Origin: Chloroflexota bacterium
GTDB taxonomy: Bacteria > Chloroflexota > UBA11872 > UBA12225 > JAJDUF01
NCBI GenBank assembly: GCA_022826725.1
Contig: JAJDUF010000006.1
Location: 85,519-149,518 of the forward strand
Direction of reading: 5' to 3'
Length of the DNA: 64,000 nucleotides
Below are positions 34,941-43,213 of the stretch, piece after piece. The translations under genes were made by a program, and so were the position numbers. Every line of letters starts with the position of its first letter. The first letter of the stretch is position 1. The notes under the pieces were generated by a model, which saw nothing but the letters and a program-made list of their open reading frames with translations, did not search any database and had not been told where the DNA came from.

Positions 34941-35933
34941 TCAGGCCGCAGCCTCGACCACAACCTGTCGTTCCTCGGTCTTGGTCCGCTCGATAAAAGC
35001 CCGAGCCGTGTCGAACGTCCGTTGGGCCTCCGCTGGCGTTGGGGTAAGCTCGGCGAACTTCACCTGATCGCAGTGAGCGAGAAAGTCGCCGAGCGTGTCC
35101 GCCTGCGCCGTCGTGAACACGGCCGACCGCCCGGCCTCGCGCAGGAACTCCTCCGTCGTCCGTTCGGGTGCGTGGAGCGCAAACCGATCCTCGATGTATT
35201 GGCGCAGAATCTGCGACACCTCGCGGTAAAACGCCTTGACCTCTCCCCGCTCAACGAGCTTCCGCTCCACCAGCCGCGCCAACTTGACCGACGCCAGCTC
35301 GTGCGCCGTGGAGCGCAGCGCCTCGGCCGGCCGTTGCCGGCGCTGTCGGACATAGAGCGCTCCCAGCGTACCCAAGGCGAGCACGGCGCCGCCGGCCGCC
35401 ATCCATAGCCACGTGCGCGCGGAGGACGGCAACCCTACGACCGACTTGATGGGGCCCACGGTCAGTTCGCGGCGTTGGTCGTCCAGCAGCGAGGTCACCT
35501 CCACTGGGATAGGCTCGGTAGTGAGCGTGAAAGAGTCCGGCGCCGCGTCGTCGCTGCGGCCGGCGTGGGCACGGACACGGAAGGTCAGCGCCGGAATCTC
35601 ATAGCTTCCCGACAGGAACGGATGTAGCTCGTACTCGCGCGTCGTGACGTGCCGGCCCTGATCGCCGAGCGATGCCGGTGCCGACGTGTAGTCACCGATA
35701 GACCAACCGCCGAGCTGCTGACCGAACTGCGGCTCATCCAGCGTGTAGCCTTCTTGCAGCGCGGTAACGACCACGAGACGCACCTGCTCGGCGATGGTGA
35801 TGGTGTCCTTGTTGAGCCGTACATGAACCGTGAGCGGCCCGCGCTCGAACGGGCGGTCCACGGCAAACGCCGGCCTCTCCACCGCCGCACTCGTCTCCCC
35901 GACCTCGCAGCCGACGACGAACAGCGCCAGCAT
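34941..35933 (-). CDS. DUF4381-like membrane protein of the MoxR/Bat operon
   Basis: The C-terminal half has a TM helix followed by FYREVSQILRQYIEDRFALHAPERTTEEFL...DFLAHCDQVKFA. The start was set at MLALFVVGC (35933; GTG 35942/35951 are possible). The ORF track extension to 36176 is translated repeat DNA. Confidence 0.65.
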   Translation of the reverse strand: MLALFVVGCEVGETSAAVERPAFAVDRPFERGPLTVHVRLNKDTITIAEQVRLVVVTALQEGYTLDEPQFGQQLGGWSIGDYTSAPASLGDQGRHVTTREYELHPFLSGSYEIPALTFRVRAHAGRSDDAAPDSFTLTTEPIPVEVTSLLDDQRRELTVGPIKSVVGLPSSARTWLWMAAGGAVLALGTLGALYVRQRRQRPAEALRSTAHELASVKLARLVERKLVERGEVKAFYREVSQILRQYIEDRFALHAPERTTEEFLREAGRSAVFTTAQADTLGDFLAHCDQVKFAELTPTPAEAQRTFDTARAFIERTKTEERQVVVEAAA

Positions 35934-36038
35934 GACGAGCACCCCTACCACAACCGGCGCGGGTGCGGTCCGTGTCGGAGGGGCACAGCACGCTGCACCC
36001 GTCCCCCTGCCGAGATACCTACGCCTGCTATGGCTCTG

Positions 36039-36158
36039 CTCCCCCTCTCCACCTGGTGGAGAGGGGGCCGGGGGGTGAGGTCCACCCCGCCCGTCATTCC
36101 CGCTTACGCGGGAATCCAGCCCCCCCTTCCCTGGAGAGAAGGGGCCGGGGGTGAGGTC
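36039..36158 (+). repeat. Repeat cluster A-B-A inside the bat operon (between DUF58 and DUF4381 genes)
   Basis: A at 36039-36082, ccgtcattcccgcttacgcgggaatcca at 36091-36118, A at 36121-36158. Confidence 0.9.
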
Positions 36159-36190
36159 CACGCCCTCAATTTTCATCGAGCCGGTCCGGT

Positions 36191-37066
36191 CTACCGTCGT
36201 CGTTCCCGCGTGTGGAAGAACCGCACCAGGTCCTGCACATACGAGGTGCCGGTGGAGAGGGCGATGGAGTCCGCCCCAATTCGCCGCAAGTCGCTGTGCA
36301 GCTGCTCGGCCTCCCGCCGCGCGCTGGTCTCGTACTCGTCGCGCACGCGCGCGCTGCGCGTATCTATCAGCAGCGTTTCACCCGTCTCCGTGTCCTCCAG
36401 CTCGATCAGCCCAACGTCCGGCAGCTCCCGCTCGCGGCGGTCCTCGATGGTCACGGCGATCAGGTCGTGACGGCGGCTGACCCGCCGCAGCGGCCGGTGA
36501 AAATCCGTGGCGATGAAGTCCGATACCAGGAACACCACCGCCCGCCGCTTGAGCACCTTGGCGAGGTAGTCCAGGGCACCGGGGATGTCCGTCTGAGCGG
36601 CGCGCGGCTCGAAGCTGAGAAGCTCACGAATCACCCGCAGGACGTGACGGATGCCCTTCCGCGGCGGGATATACAGTTCGACCTGCGCGGTGAAGATGAG
36701 CAGCCCCACCCGGTCGTTGCTCTTGGTAGCTGCAAAGGCCAGCACCGCGCACACCTCCGCCGCCAACTCGTTCTTGAGCCGCCCGACCGAGCCGAACCGG
36801 CCGGAGGAGCTGAGGTCCACGACCAGCATGACCGTCAGCTCCCGCTCCTCCACGAACTGCTTGACGAACGGAGTACCGGCACGCGCCGTCACGTTCCAGT
36901 CAATGGTGCGTACCTCGTCGCCGGGCTGGTATTCACGCACCTCGGCGAACTCCATTCCCCGGCCCTTGAAGGCGCTCTCGTACTCGCCGGCAAAGACCTC
37001 ATTGACCACGCGCCCCGTGAGAATCCGCAGACGATGCACCTGCCGCATCAGCTCGGTAGGGATCAT
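36191..37066 (-). CDS. DUF58 protein (MoxR-associated, VWA-like)
   Basis: GEYESAFKGRGMEFAEVREYQPGDEVRTIDWNVTAR...FVEERELTVMLVVDLSSS. ATG 37066 has AGGAG 5 nt upstream. Confidence 0.85.
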   Translation of the reverse strand: MIPTELMRQVHRLRILTGRVVNEVFAGEYESAFKGRGMEFAEVREYQPGDEVRTIDWNVTARAGTPFVKQFVEERELTVMLVVDLSSSGRFGSVGRLKNELAAEVCAVLAFAATKSNDRVGLLIFTAQVELYIPPRKGIRHVLRVIRELLSFEPRAAQTDIPGALDYLAKVLKRRAVVFLVSDFIATDFHRPLRRVSRRHDLIAVTIEDRRERELPDVGLIELEDTETGETLLIDTRSARVRDEYETSARREAEQLHSDLRRIGADSIALSTGTSYVQDLVRFFHTRERRR

Positions 37067-37135
37067 GGGTGCTCCTGACCGCCATATCCGCACCGTCGCG
37101 TGTCGGTCGTGGCGCCGCCCCGGCGTGTCACCGGC

Positions 37136-38146
37136 CTACGGGACGGGTACATGGTCGAATATCTGCTTGACCAAGTCGTCGGACGTGTACTCTTCCGCCT
37201 CGGCCTCGTAGCTCGTGATGAGCCGATGCCGCAGCACGTCCGGCCCGATAGTTTTCACGTCCTGCGGGGTGACGTAGCCGCGCCCCTGCAGGAACGCATA
37301 CGCCTTGGCGCCGAGGGTGAGCGCGATGGTGGCCCGCGGCGAGGCGCCATATTCGATGAGGTGGGCCAGGTCCAGCCGGTACTCGCCCGGCGTCCGGGTG
37401 GCCTGCACGATGTCTACGATATAGTCCTTGATCTTGTCGTCCACGTAGATTTCGTCCACCACCGTCCGCGCCTGCACGATGTCTTCCGGCTGCACCACCG
37501 GCGCCACGTCCGTCTTGGGCTGTGTCGAGGCCATGCGGTCCAGTATCCGGCGCTCTTCCTGTTTCGAGGGGTACGTCACCTTGAGCTTGAGCATGAAGCG
37601 GTCCATTTGGGCCTCGGGCAGCGGATAGGTGCCTTCCTGCTCGATTGGATTCTGGGTGGCGAGCACCAGGAACGGCTCCGCGAGCGCGTAGGACTCGTCC
37701 CCAAGCGTGACCTGCTTTTCCTGCATCGCCTCCAGGAGAGCACTCTGAACCTTGGGCGGGGCACGGTTGATCTCGTCCGCCAAGACGATATGGGCAAAGA
37801 TCGGCCCCTTCTTCGGTGTGAAGGAGCCGTCGCGCGGGTTATAGATCAGCGTCCCAATGAGATCCGCCGGCAGCAAGTCCGGCGTGAACTGAATCCGCTG
37901 AAACTGCGCGTGGATAGCCTGCGCCAGCGTTGTCACCGTCAGAGTCTTTGCCAGCCCCGGCACCCCTTCCAACAGCACGTGTCCGCCGGTGAGCAGCCCG
38001 ACGAGCAGGCGCTCGATCATATTCTGCTGCCCGACAATCACCTCCTCCAACGCGAACGTGAGCGTTCGCAGGAAGTGACTATGATCCTCGACTGCTCGCC
38101 CGATCTGCTTTACGTCAACGGCTACCACGTCCGACCTCCACAACAA
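37136..38146 (-). CDS. MoxR-family AAA+ ATPase
   Basis: VIVGQQNMIERLLVGLLTGGHVLLEGVPGLAKT (Walker A), ILADEINRAPPKVQSALLEAMQE (Walker B/sensor), VLATQNP.E.EGTYPLPEAQ.DRF. Confidence 0.9.
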   Translation of the reverse strand: MLWRSDVVAVDVKQIGRAVEDHSHFLRTLTFALEEVIVGQQNMIERLLVGLLTGGHVLLEGVPGLAKTLTVTTLAQAIHAQFQRIQFTPDLLPADLIGTLIYNPRDGSFTPKKGPIFAHIVLADEINRAPPKVQSALLEAMQEKQVTLGDESYALAEPFLVLATQNPIEQEGTYPLPEAQMDRFMLKLKVTYPSKQEERRILDRMASTQPKTDVAPVVQPEDIVQARTVVDEIYVDDKIKDYIVDIVQATRTPGEYRLDLAHLIEYGASPRATIALTLGAKAYAFLQGRGYVTPQDVKTIGPDVLRHRLITSYEAEAEEYTSDDLVKQIFDHVPVP

Positions 38147-38195
38147 CCACCCCGGGTTCGATTCTAGCGATTCCCACTACCTAGCCCTACGGAGA

Positions 38196-38342
38196 CCTTT
38201 GCGAAAATCGTCATTCCCCCACCGCCATTCCCGCTTGCGCGGGAATCCAACCCCTCTCCCCGTAGGAGCGGGCCGGGTGACGGGCCAAAGCCGCACTACA
38301 CCTGGCCCTATCCGTGCGGCTTTGGCTTGTCAGGGGGTGAGG
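38196..38342 (+). repeat. Repeat cluster B-A-F (hairpin) plus an A tail
   Basis: cctttgcgaaaatcgtcattccc...cgcttgcgcgggaatcca (38196-38249), A at 38251-38284, F hairpin gccaaagccgcac-N17-gtgcggctttggc (38284-38326), cagggggtgagg (38331-38342). Confidence 0.85.
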
Positions 38343-38470
38343 CACGCCGGCCACAACCGGCAGTGTCGCTACGGACCATTGTGCAGCGTGGAGGTTCCGG
38401 GGCGGTTGCGCGCAGATTACAGGCTCGCAACCGGTCGTCGGAGGAGGATGAGCGTGGGGAGCAGCAGAGG

Positions 38471-38508
38471 ACAACGCAAACGGCCCGGCGGAGCAATCCG
38501 CCGGGCCG
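38471..38508 (-). terminator. Putative intrinsic terminator downstream of tRNA-Arg
   Basis: On the reverse strand, an 11-bp stem cggcccggcgg/ccgccgggccg with a 6-nt loop is followed by TTTGCGTTGT. Confidence 0.5.
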
Positions 38509-38516
38509 TGCTGCAG

Positions 38517-38593
38517 TGGTATCCCCGGAGGGATTCGAACCCCCGACCTCTTGGTTCGTAGCCAAGCGCTCTGTCCAGCTGAGCTACGGGGAC
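38517..38593 (-). tRNA. tRNA-Arg (anticodon ACG), CCA encoded
   Basis: The reverse complement is GTCCCCGTAGCTCAGCTGGACAGAGCGCTTGGCTACGAACCAAGAGGTCGGGGGTTCGAATCCCTCCGGGGATACCA. It folds as a cloverleaf with anticodon loop CTACGAA and T-loop GGTTCGAAT. Confidence 0.9.
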
Positions 38594-38795
38594 AACTACC
38601 GGTGCCTCACGAAACCTACCAACGAGACACCCGCCTCCAGGATATTGTAGTGAACTTGCTTACCAACGGTCAACTACGCTTGTCGTGGCCGGCGACCTCG
38701 TGCCGATCTATGGGCGCAACACGCGGCCCCCCTACCCGGCCCGGTTCCATAGCTCGGCGCGTTTGCGGAACACGGCCGGGTCTGCTACCCACTGG

Positions 38796-40412
38796 CTATA
38801 GCCGATCCGCCGATAATCCGTTAGCCAATTGATCCTCTCGTCGAGGCAAGCCGCCAAGTTCAATCGCATCATCGAGGGCCGTGACCACGAATGTACCGCC
38901 GGCAGCGTGGGCAGCGTCTCGGTTGCCGATCTCTCCCCTGGCCAGCGCGTCTATCCTGCCGGCACCGAGTGCCTCCAGCAGTTCCGTTTCGCCAGACGTG
39001 TCACCGAGATAGACCACTTGCGGCATGGCTTCCGAAGGAGGATAGAGGTGACGCCGCCCGGCCAGATTCGGAGACGCGCCAGCAGCGGTGATGACGTATC
39101 CCGTGCTGCCATCGGCAATCACCGTGCCCGCTGGCGTTTCGACGCGCGTACCGGCGGCCAGCACGCCATTGGCGTCCACAAGCCCCGTCAGCTCCAGCAG
39201 GCGGAACTCCCCGGTCGTGCCGGCCAGCGCACCGACGCGCACGTTGCTGGTCAAGTCGTTATGTGTGGCCAGGCGTTCCGCGTCGGCGGCCCGTACCAGC
39301 AGCGACTGGCGAAACGTGATATGGCCCGACGTAAAGTTGACCACGTGCTGGCCCGTCGCGTTACGGGTGCGCGAGTCGAGGATCGTAATGCCCCCGCCGA
39401 CAAGATCGTAGTCCGCGCCAGCCGACCGCAGCCAGATGCCGGGCCACACGTCAATGCCTCGACGTGCGAAAGACAGCCCCGCGTCTTCCAGGGCTTCCAG
39501 CGCTGTCAACAGGTCCGCTTCGTAGCCCCGGTGGATATTGAAGCCGGCGGCGGCTGGGGCTTCAGCGGCGCTGTAGCTCACCGGCGCGAAATAGGCATAA
39601 AATCCGATGTTGAGCACGCGGTTGCCGTCCGCGCAGGGCAGCGGCCTGGGCAAGCGCTTAATGACCATGACCGCCACCGGGTTGCGCCAGTCGTGCCGGA
39701 CCGGATCGAGGTCCCCGCCGCCGTGAACCCCCGCGTGGACGTGGACGTAGCCCTCGGCCGGCGCAGTGTCGTCGTGCCGGTGGTTGCCGCAGGCCGGGCC
39801 GGAGATGAAGGCACAGTCCTCGCTATTGGCCTCGCTGCCCGCGTCGTAGCCGACCAAGGTCAACTGGCGGTTGTAGAGCGCAACCCCGTTCGCGCCGATA
39901 AAGCCGTCGTTGATGTTCAATAGCCTGCTCGCCAGGTAGAGACACCTTGCCTCGCCTCGGACGGTAACCGTGGCCGTGACCGTCCGGCCCGGCAGGAGCG
40001 GCCCGCTGTCGCTGGTGACGAACCGTGCCGCGCTGATCAACTCGCTGATTGCCGGGTTCCACGCCCCCAGCAGGCCGGCCGCATCGGCCTCCTCCGCCAG
40101 AGCCGTCAAGTTAGCGCTCGCGGGCTGCCCCAGCGTGTACAGTGGCGTCACCCCCGGCGCGTGCGTGGCCATGAAGATCGGTGACAGGGGCTGACCCCGT
40201 GTCACGTTGGTGATGGACACCTTGTAGTGCGCTACGTCCGCAGCGCTCGTGGCGGAGCCGCTGCCACCCCCAGCAGCAACCAGCCCCCAGGTCAGCACGG
40301 CCAACGCCGCCATGCCGAGCAAGGCGACGACGAGCTTTCTCCTTATGTTCAACCTTCCTCGTTCATGGCTGAACACCCTCGCCGTGGCGCGCTGATACTT
40401 GATTGCAGCCAC
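38796..40412 (-). CDS. Secreted fusion protein: spondin_N-like domain plus family-3 solute-binding-protein-like domain
   Basis: N-terminal TM/signal segment. YKVSITNVTRGQPLSPIFMATHAP...ALAEEADAAGL is spondin_N-like. The C-terminal half, LNIGFYAYFAPVSY...GYEADLL...DLVGGGITI...RVGALAGTTGE, is SBP_bac_3-like. Confidence 0.6.
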   Translation of the reverse strand: MAAIKYQRATARVFSHERGRLNIRRKLVVALLGMAALAVLTWGLVAAGGGSGSATSAADVAHYKVSITNVTRGQPLSPIFMATHAPGVTPLYTLGQPASANLTALAEEADAAGLLGAWNPAISELISAARFVTSDSGPLLPGRTVTATVTVRGEARCLYLASRLLNINDGFIGANGVALYNRQLTLVGYDAGSEANSEDCAFISGPACGNHRHDDTAPAEGYVHVHAGVHGGGDLDPVRHDWRNPVAVMVIKRLPRPLPCADGNRVLNIGFYAYFAPVSYSAAEAPAAAGFNIHRGYEADLLTALEALEDAGLSFARRGIDVWPGIWLRSAGADYDLVGGGITILDSRTRNATGQHVVNFTSGHITFRQSLLVRAADAERLATHNDLTSNVRVGALAGTTGEFRLLELTGLVDANGVLAAGTRVETPAGTVIADGSTGYVITAAGASPNLAGRRHLYPPSEAMPQVVYLGDTSGETELLEALGAGRIDALARGEIGNRDAAHAAGGTFVVTALDDAIELGGLPRREDQLANGLSADRL

Positions 40413-40424
40413 TGCCGCTGAGGA

Positions 40425-41477
40425 TTAGGGCCAAGGGGACAGCGTCACGTACTGCTCCGGGACGTATCCCACCCGTCCCTCCGGGTCCCGCACCTGGAGC
40501 CATCCCGCACTAATCGCGCCCGCTGCTCCCCTCACGCTCACTCCGCCCACTCCCGCCGCGAGCACGTGGAGCTTGGTGCCCTCATTCCACGCCACCCACT
40601 TGCTCGACCAATCCGGTTGGTGCCGCAGGTACACACCCTGACCATCGGTGTTGGCCACCGTGACCCACAACCCTGCGGGTGCTGTGCTCCCCTCTTGCCT
40701 CGGAATAGCTCCATCTGGCGGCTGCGTCTCGGTCCCCTGGCCTGTGCCGGACTCCGCCCCGGCAGCGGGCGGCTGCGCTTGGGCCGGCGCCTCGGTGCGG
40801 ATGCGATGCAGCAGTTCGGCCGACGCGGCGACCGTCACAAGTATCACGGTGAATGCTGCCAGAATCAGCACGGTCCGCGGGATGGCCGTGCGGCCGCACG
40901 AAAGCACGCGGCCGAGCAGCAGGAACGGCCCACACAGCAGCATATAGAACGGCCACCGCCAGTCCAGCACCGACGGACTCGGGCCGCTTCGTGGACGCAA
41001 GTATGTGGCGTCGGGCCGGTCATTCGACAGTGCCGGAAGTGCTGTTCCGGACCAGGTCGGCGAATCTGCACTCGCCCGGTGCCGCCGGGTGGGCTTCCGC
41101 CGAGGCCAGCGAGAAGCGGGCCGACCGGCAATCGCACCGGCAATCGCCTCAGGACCGGCCGGACCATCACCAAGCGTCACTCCCGCTGTTTCCCACTCGC
41201 CTAACGAGGTAACGTGCCACACCCGACCACCCGGCATAGAGCGTCCGTCAGGAGCAGGCGCGGGCCAAAACTCCTCCAGCGCAGGACGCGCCGCGGCGTA
41301 GTCGGCCCATGTGTCGCTGGACCCGGCTACAGTCAGCCGTGCGGCGTCCAGTGCCCCCAGCCGGTGCTCGACATCCACAATGACCGGCTCATCCGGCGGA
41401 CGACTCGGCATGTATGGCCGCTGGCGAGGACGCAGTGCTACCAAGGTTGGCCTCCTTACAACTGCCAAATGCCGCAC
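40425..41477 (-). CDS. Membrane protein with a C-terminal bacterial SH3 domain
   Basis: LDWRWPFYMLLCGPFLLLG TM region, P/Q/A linker, then WVTVANTDGQGVYLRHQPDWSSKWVAWNEGTKLHVL...GWLQVRDPEGRVGYVPEQYV. The start is uncertain (41477 or ATG 41411). Confidence 0.6.
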   Translation of the reverse strand: MRHLAVVRRPTLVALRPRQRPYMPSRPPDEPVIVDVEHRLGALDAARLTVAGSSDTWADYAAARPALEEFWPAPAPDGRSMPGGRVWHVTSLGEWETAGVTLGDGPAGPEAIAGAIAGRPASRWPRRKPTRRHRASADSPTWSGTALPALSNDRPDATYLRPRSGPSPSVLDWRWPFYMLLCGPFLLLGRVLSCGRTAIPRTVLILAAFTVILVTVAASAELLHRIRTEAPAQAQPPAAGAESGTGQGTETQPPDGAIPRQEGSTAPAGLWVTVANTDGQGVYLRHQPDWSSKWVAWNEGTKLHVLAAGVGGVSVRGAAGAISAGWLQVRDPEGRVGYVPEQYVTLSPWP

Positions 41478-41569
41478 GAGGGGAGTGCTTTGTTACTGGG
41501 TCAGGGGTAATGCGTCGGGGCGACTGGCTCGTCACCCCGACGAGCTGCGTGCGGGTGCAGGTGTTCGAT

Positions 41570-43048
41570 CTAGGCGGCCGGCTCGACGTACCGGGCGGGC
41601 AGGAAGCCTTCCCGACCGACCGGGTCCCGCACCGGTACCCAGGCCGCGCTGCTGCCCGGCTGTGGGCCGGTGCCCGTGACCTCCGGGCCACGCACCTGGA
41701 GCCTTGTACCCTCCACCCAGGCCACCCAGCCATGGTGGGGCCAAGCACCTTGCGCTTTGGTTTCGCCCGCCGCGGCTGGCCAGCGTGCCGTCCACTCCGG
41801 CCGGGGGCGCAAGAACACGCCGGTGCCACCGGTCCCGGCCACCACAACGTACTGCGTCGCGGTTGCCTGTCCGGGGGAGTCCGCCGCCGGTGCCGCCGGC
41901 GGCACGGCCAGCGCCGCCGCCTCGACATGCTGGAGATACTGTGCCGGCAGGAAGCCTTCCCGACCGACCGGGTCCCGCACCGGCACCCAGGCCGCGCTAC
42001 TGCCTGGCTGCGGACCGGTGCCCGTGACCTCCGGGCCGCGCACCTGAAGCCGCGTGCCCTCTCGCCAGGCGATATTGCCGTGATGGGGATAGGCGCCCTC
42101 GCGTTGGGTAGCGCCCGGCTCCGCGCGCCACCGCGCGGCCCACACCGGCTCCGGACGGAGGAAGACGCCCGTACCACCGGAGTTGGCGACGACCACCCAA
42201 TCGGTGATGGTGGTCTCGGCCACTGCCGGACTGGCTGCCGGCTGGACCACCGGGACCGGCGAGGCGACGACCGTAGGTTGAACGGCCGGTGTCGTCACCG
42301 TCGTCTCAACCACGGCGGTCGGCGCCGGTTGCGCCGCAGTGTCCGCTGCCGGCGCTGCTACGACCGCCGTCGCAGCCGGTGCCTGTGTCTGTTGCTGGAC
42401 GGGCGCTTGTGTCTGCTGTTGGGCCGGTGCGTCCGTTTGCGGTTGCGCCACAGTATTCAAGGCTGGCACCTCGGCCGCGGCCGGAGGCGCTCCCTTCGCC
42501 GTTGTGGCTGGCGCTTGCGCCTGCTGTTGCACCGGGGGCGCGACGACTTGACCCACACCGGAGTCTGCCGCCGGACTGCCAGCAAACGGCCAGCCGTTGA
42601 CCACCAGCAGCACGACTGCGACCACAATACCCGCCAAGACGCCGACGGCCAGCAAGTAGCGCAACGCCGCGAGGCGCCGCCGAAAGCCCCACACCGGCAC
42701 GCGCGACGGCAAGAGCAGACGAGCTATCGCCGCGAAGACCAAGCCCACCAGCAGAAACGGCCCCACCGCCACCATGTACGGCAGCCAGCGCCAGTCCAAC
42801 CGTTTGCGCGGGCTTTGTCCACCGTCACGCCCGGCACCATCGGCGATCCAGCGTGCAAGCTCTTCGTCGGAGTACCACTGCTCGCCCGCGTCAGCGCCGT
42901 TTCCCGGTGCGGCGCCGGGCGCATCGGCCGGTGGAGCTTGCACGTCCTTCTTCAACACATGACCGTTGGATCGATTCCGCGGTTCAGCAGCAACCATAGT
43001 TCCGGCACTCCTTAGTGCGTAAGCACGTGCTCTCCATATACCGAGCAA
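41570..43048 (-). CDS. Membrane protein with two tandem SH3 domains (paralog of the 40425 gene)
   Basis: LDWRWLPYMVAVGPFLLVG TM region, long A/P/Q/T linker, then two copies of VVVA..GGTGVFLRP.P.W.ARW...REGTRLQVRGPEVTGTGPQPGSSAAWVPVRDPVGREGFLPA.Y. The start is uncertain (43048 or 42997). Confidence 0.65.
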   Translation of the reverse strand: MLGIWRARAYALRSAGTMVAAEPRNRSNGHVLKKDVQAPPADAPGAAPGNGADAGEQWYSDEELARWIADGAGRDGGQSPRKRLDWRWLPYMVAVGPFLLVGLVFAAIARLLLPSRVPVWGFRRRLAALRYLLAVGVLAGIVVAVVLLVVNGWPFAGSPAADSGVGQVVAPPVQQQAQAPATTAKGAPPAAAEVPALNTVAQPQTDAPAQQQTQAPVQQQTQAPAATAVVAAPAADTAAQPAPTAVVETTVTTPAVQPTVVASPVPVVQPAASPAVAETTITDWVVVANSGGTGVFLRPEPVWAARWRAEPGATQREGAYPHHGNIAWREGTRLQVRGPEVTGTGPQPGSSAAWVPVRDPVGREGFLPAQYLQHVEAAALAVPPAAPAADSPGQATATQYVVVAGTGGTGVFLRPRPEWTARWPAAAGETKAQGAWPHHGWVAWVEGTRLQVRGPEVTGTGPQPGSSAAWVPVRDPVGREGFLPARYVEPAA

Positions 43049-43199
43049 ACACCGCCGGACGGCGCTGTCTGCCGGATTAAACGGGTTGCCCGAAGACGGA
43101 GTAGCGGCCGCAGCAAGGGTGACGCGCCAGCTTGCACTGCTGACCTACCAGGTCAATATCCGCTGGGGATATAGGCTCGGCATGTGCTTCCGGCCCCGC

Positions 43200-43205
43200 T
43201 ACAAT
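43200..43205 (+). promoter_or_regulatory. Putative -10 box (TACAAT) 8 nt upstream of the GH5 ATG
   Basis: cgcTACAATggggggcgATG. No room remains for a canonical 5' UTR, which suggests a leaderless or near-leaderless transcript. Confidence 0.3.
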
Positions 43206-43213
43206 GGGGGGCG

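Noticed and set aside
308-38342. Possibility that the short repeats form CRISPR arrays
   Set aside because: The repeats belong to several different families, are irregularly spaced, are scattered between genes rather than arrayed with unique spacers of constant length, and no cas genes are present.
38341-38470. Unassigned ~130 nt between the repeat cluster and the tRNA terminator, with the hairpin ggttgcg-N15-cgcaacc (about 38404-38432), as a possible small RNA
   Set aside because: There is no recognisable ncRNA family, no promoter or terminator pair of its own and only one modest stem. The evidence is insufficient.
38147-38795. tRNA-Arg as an integration site for a genomic island or prophage
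   Set aside because: No integrase, no phage-like genes and no obvious direct repeat of the tRNA 3' end were seen on either side. The flanking genes have typical composition.
41414-43015. 533-aa + strand ORF and several other long ORFs (15340-16485, 37100-38167, 38829-39923, 57150-58154, 59257-60492, 60254-61474)
   Set aside because: Each is antisense to a gene with clear family motifs (SH3 protein, thiolase, MoxR, spondin/SBP, aminotransferase, SDR, DegT). All have R/P/G/H-rich composition and no recognisable domains.
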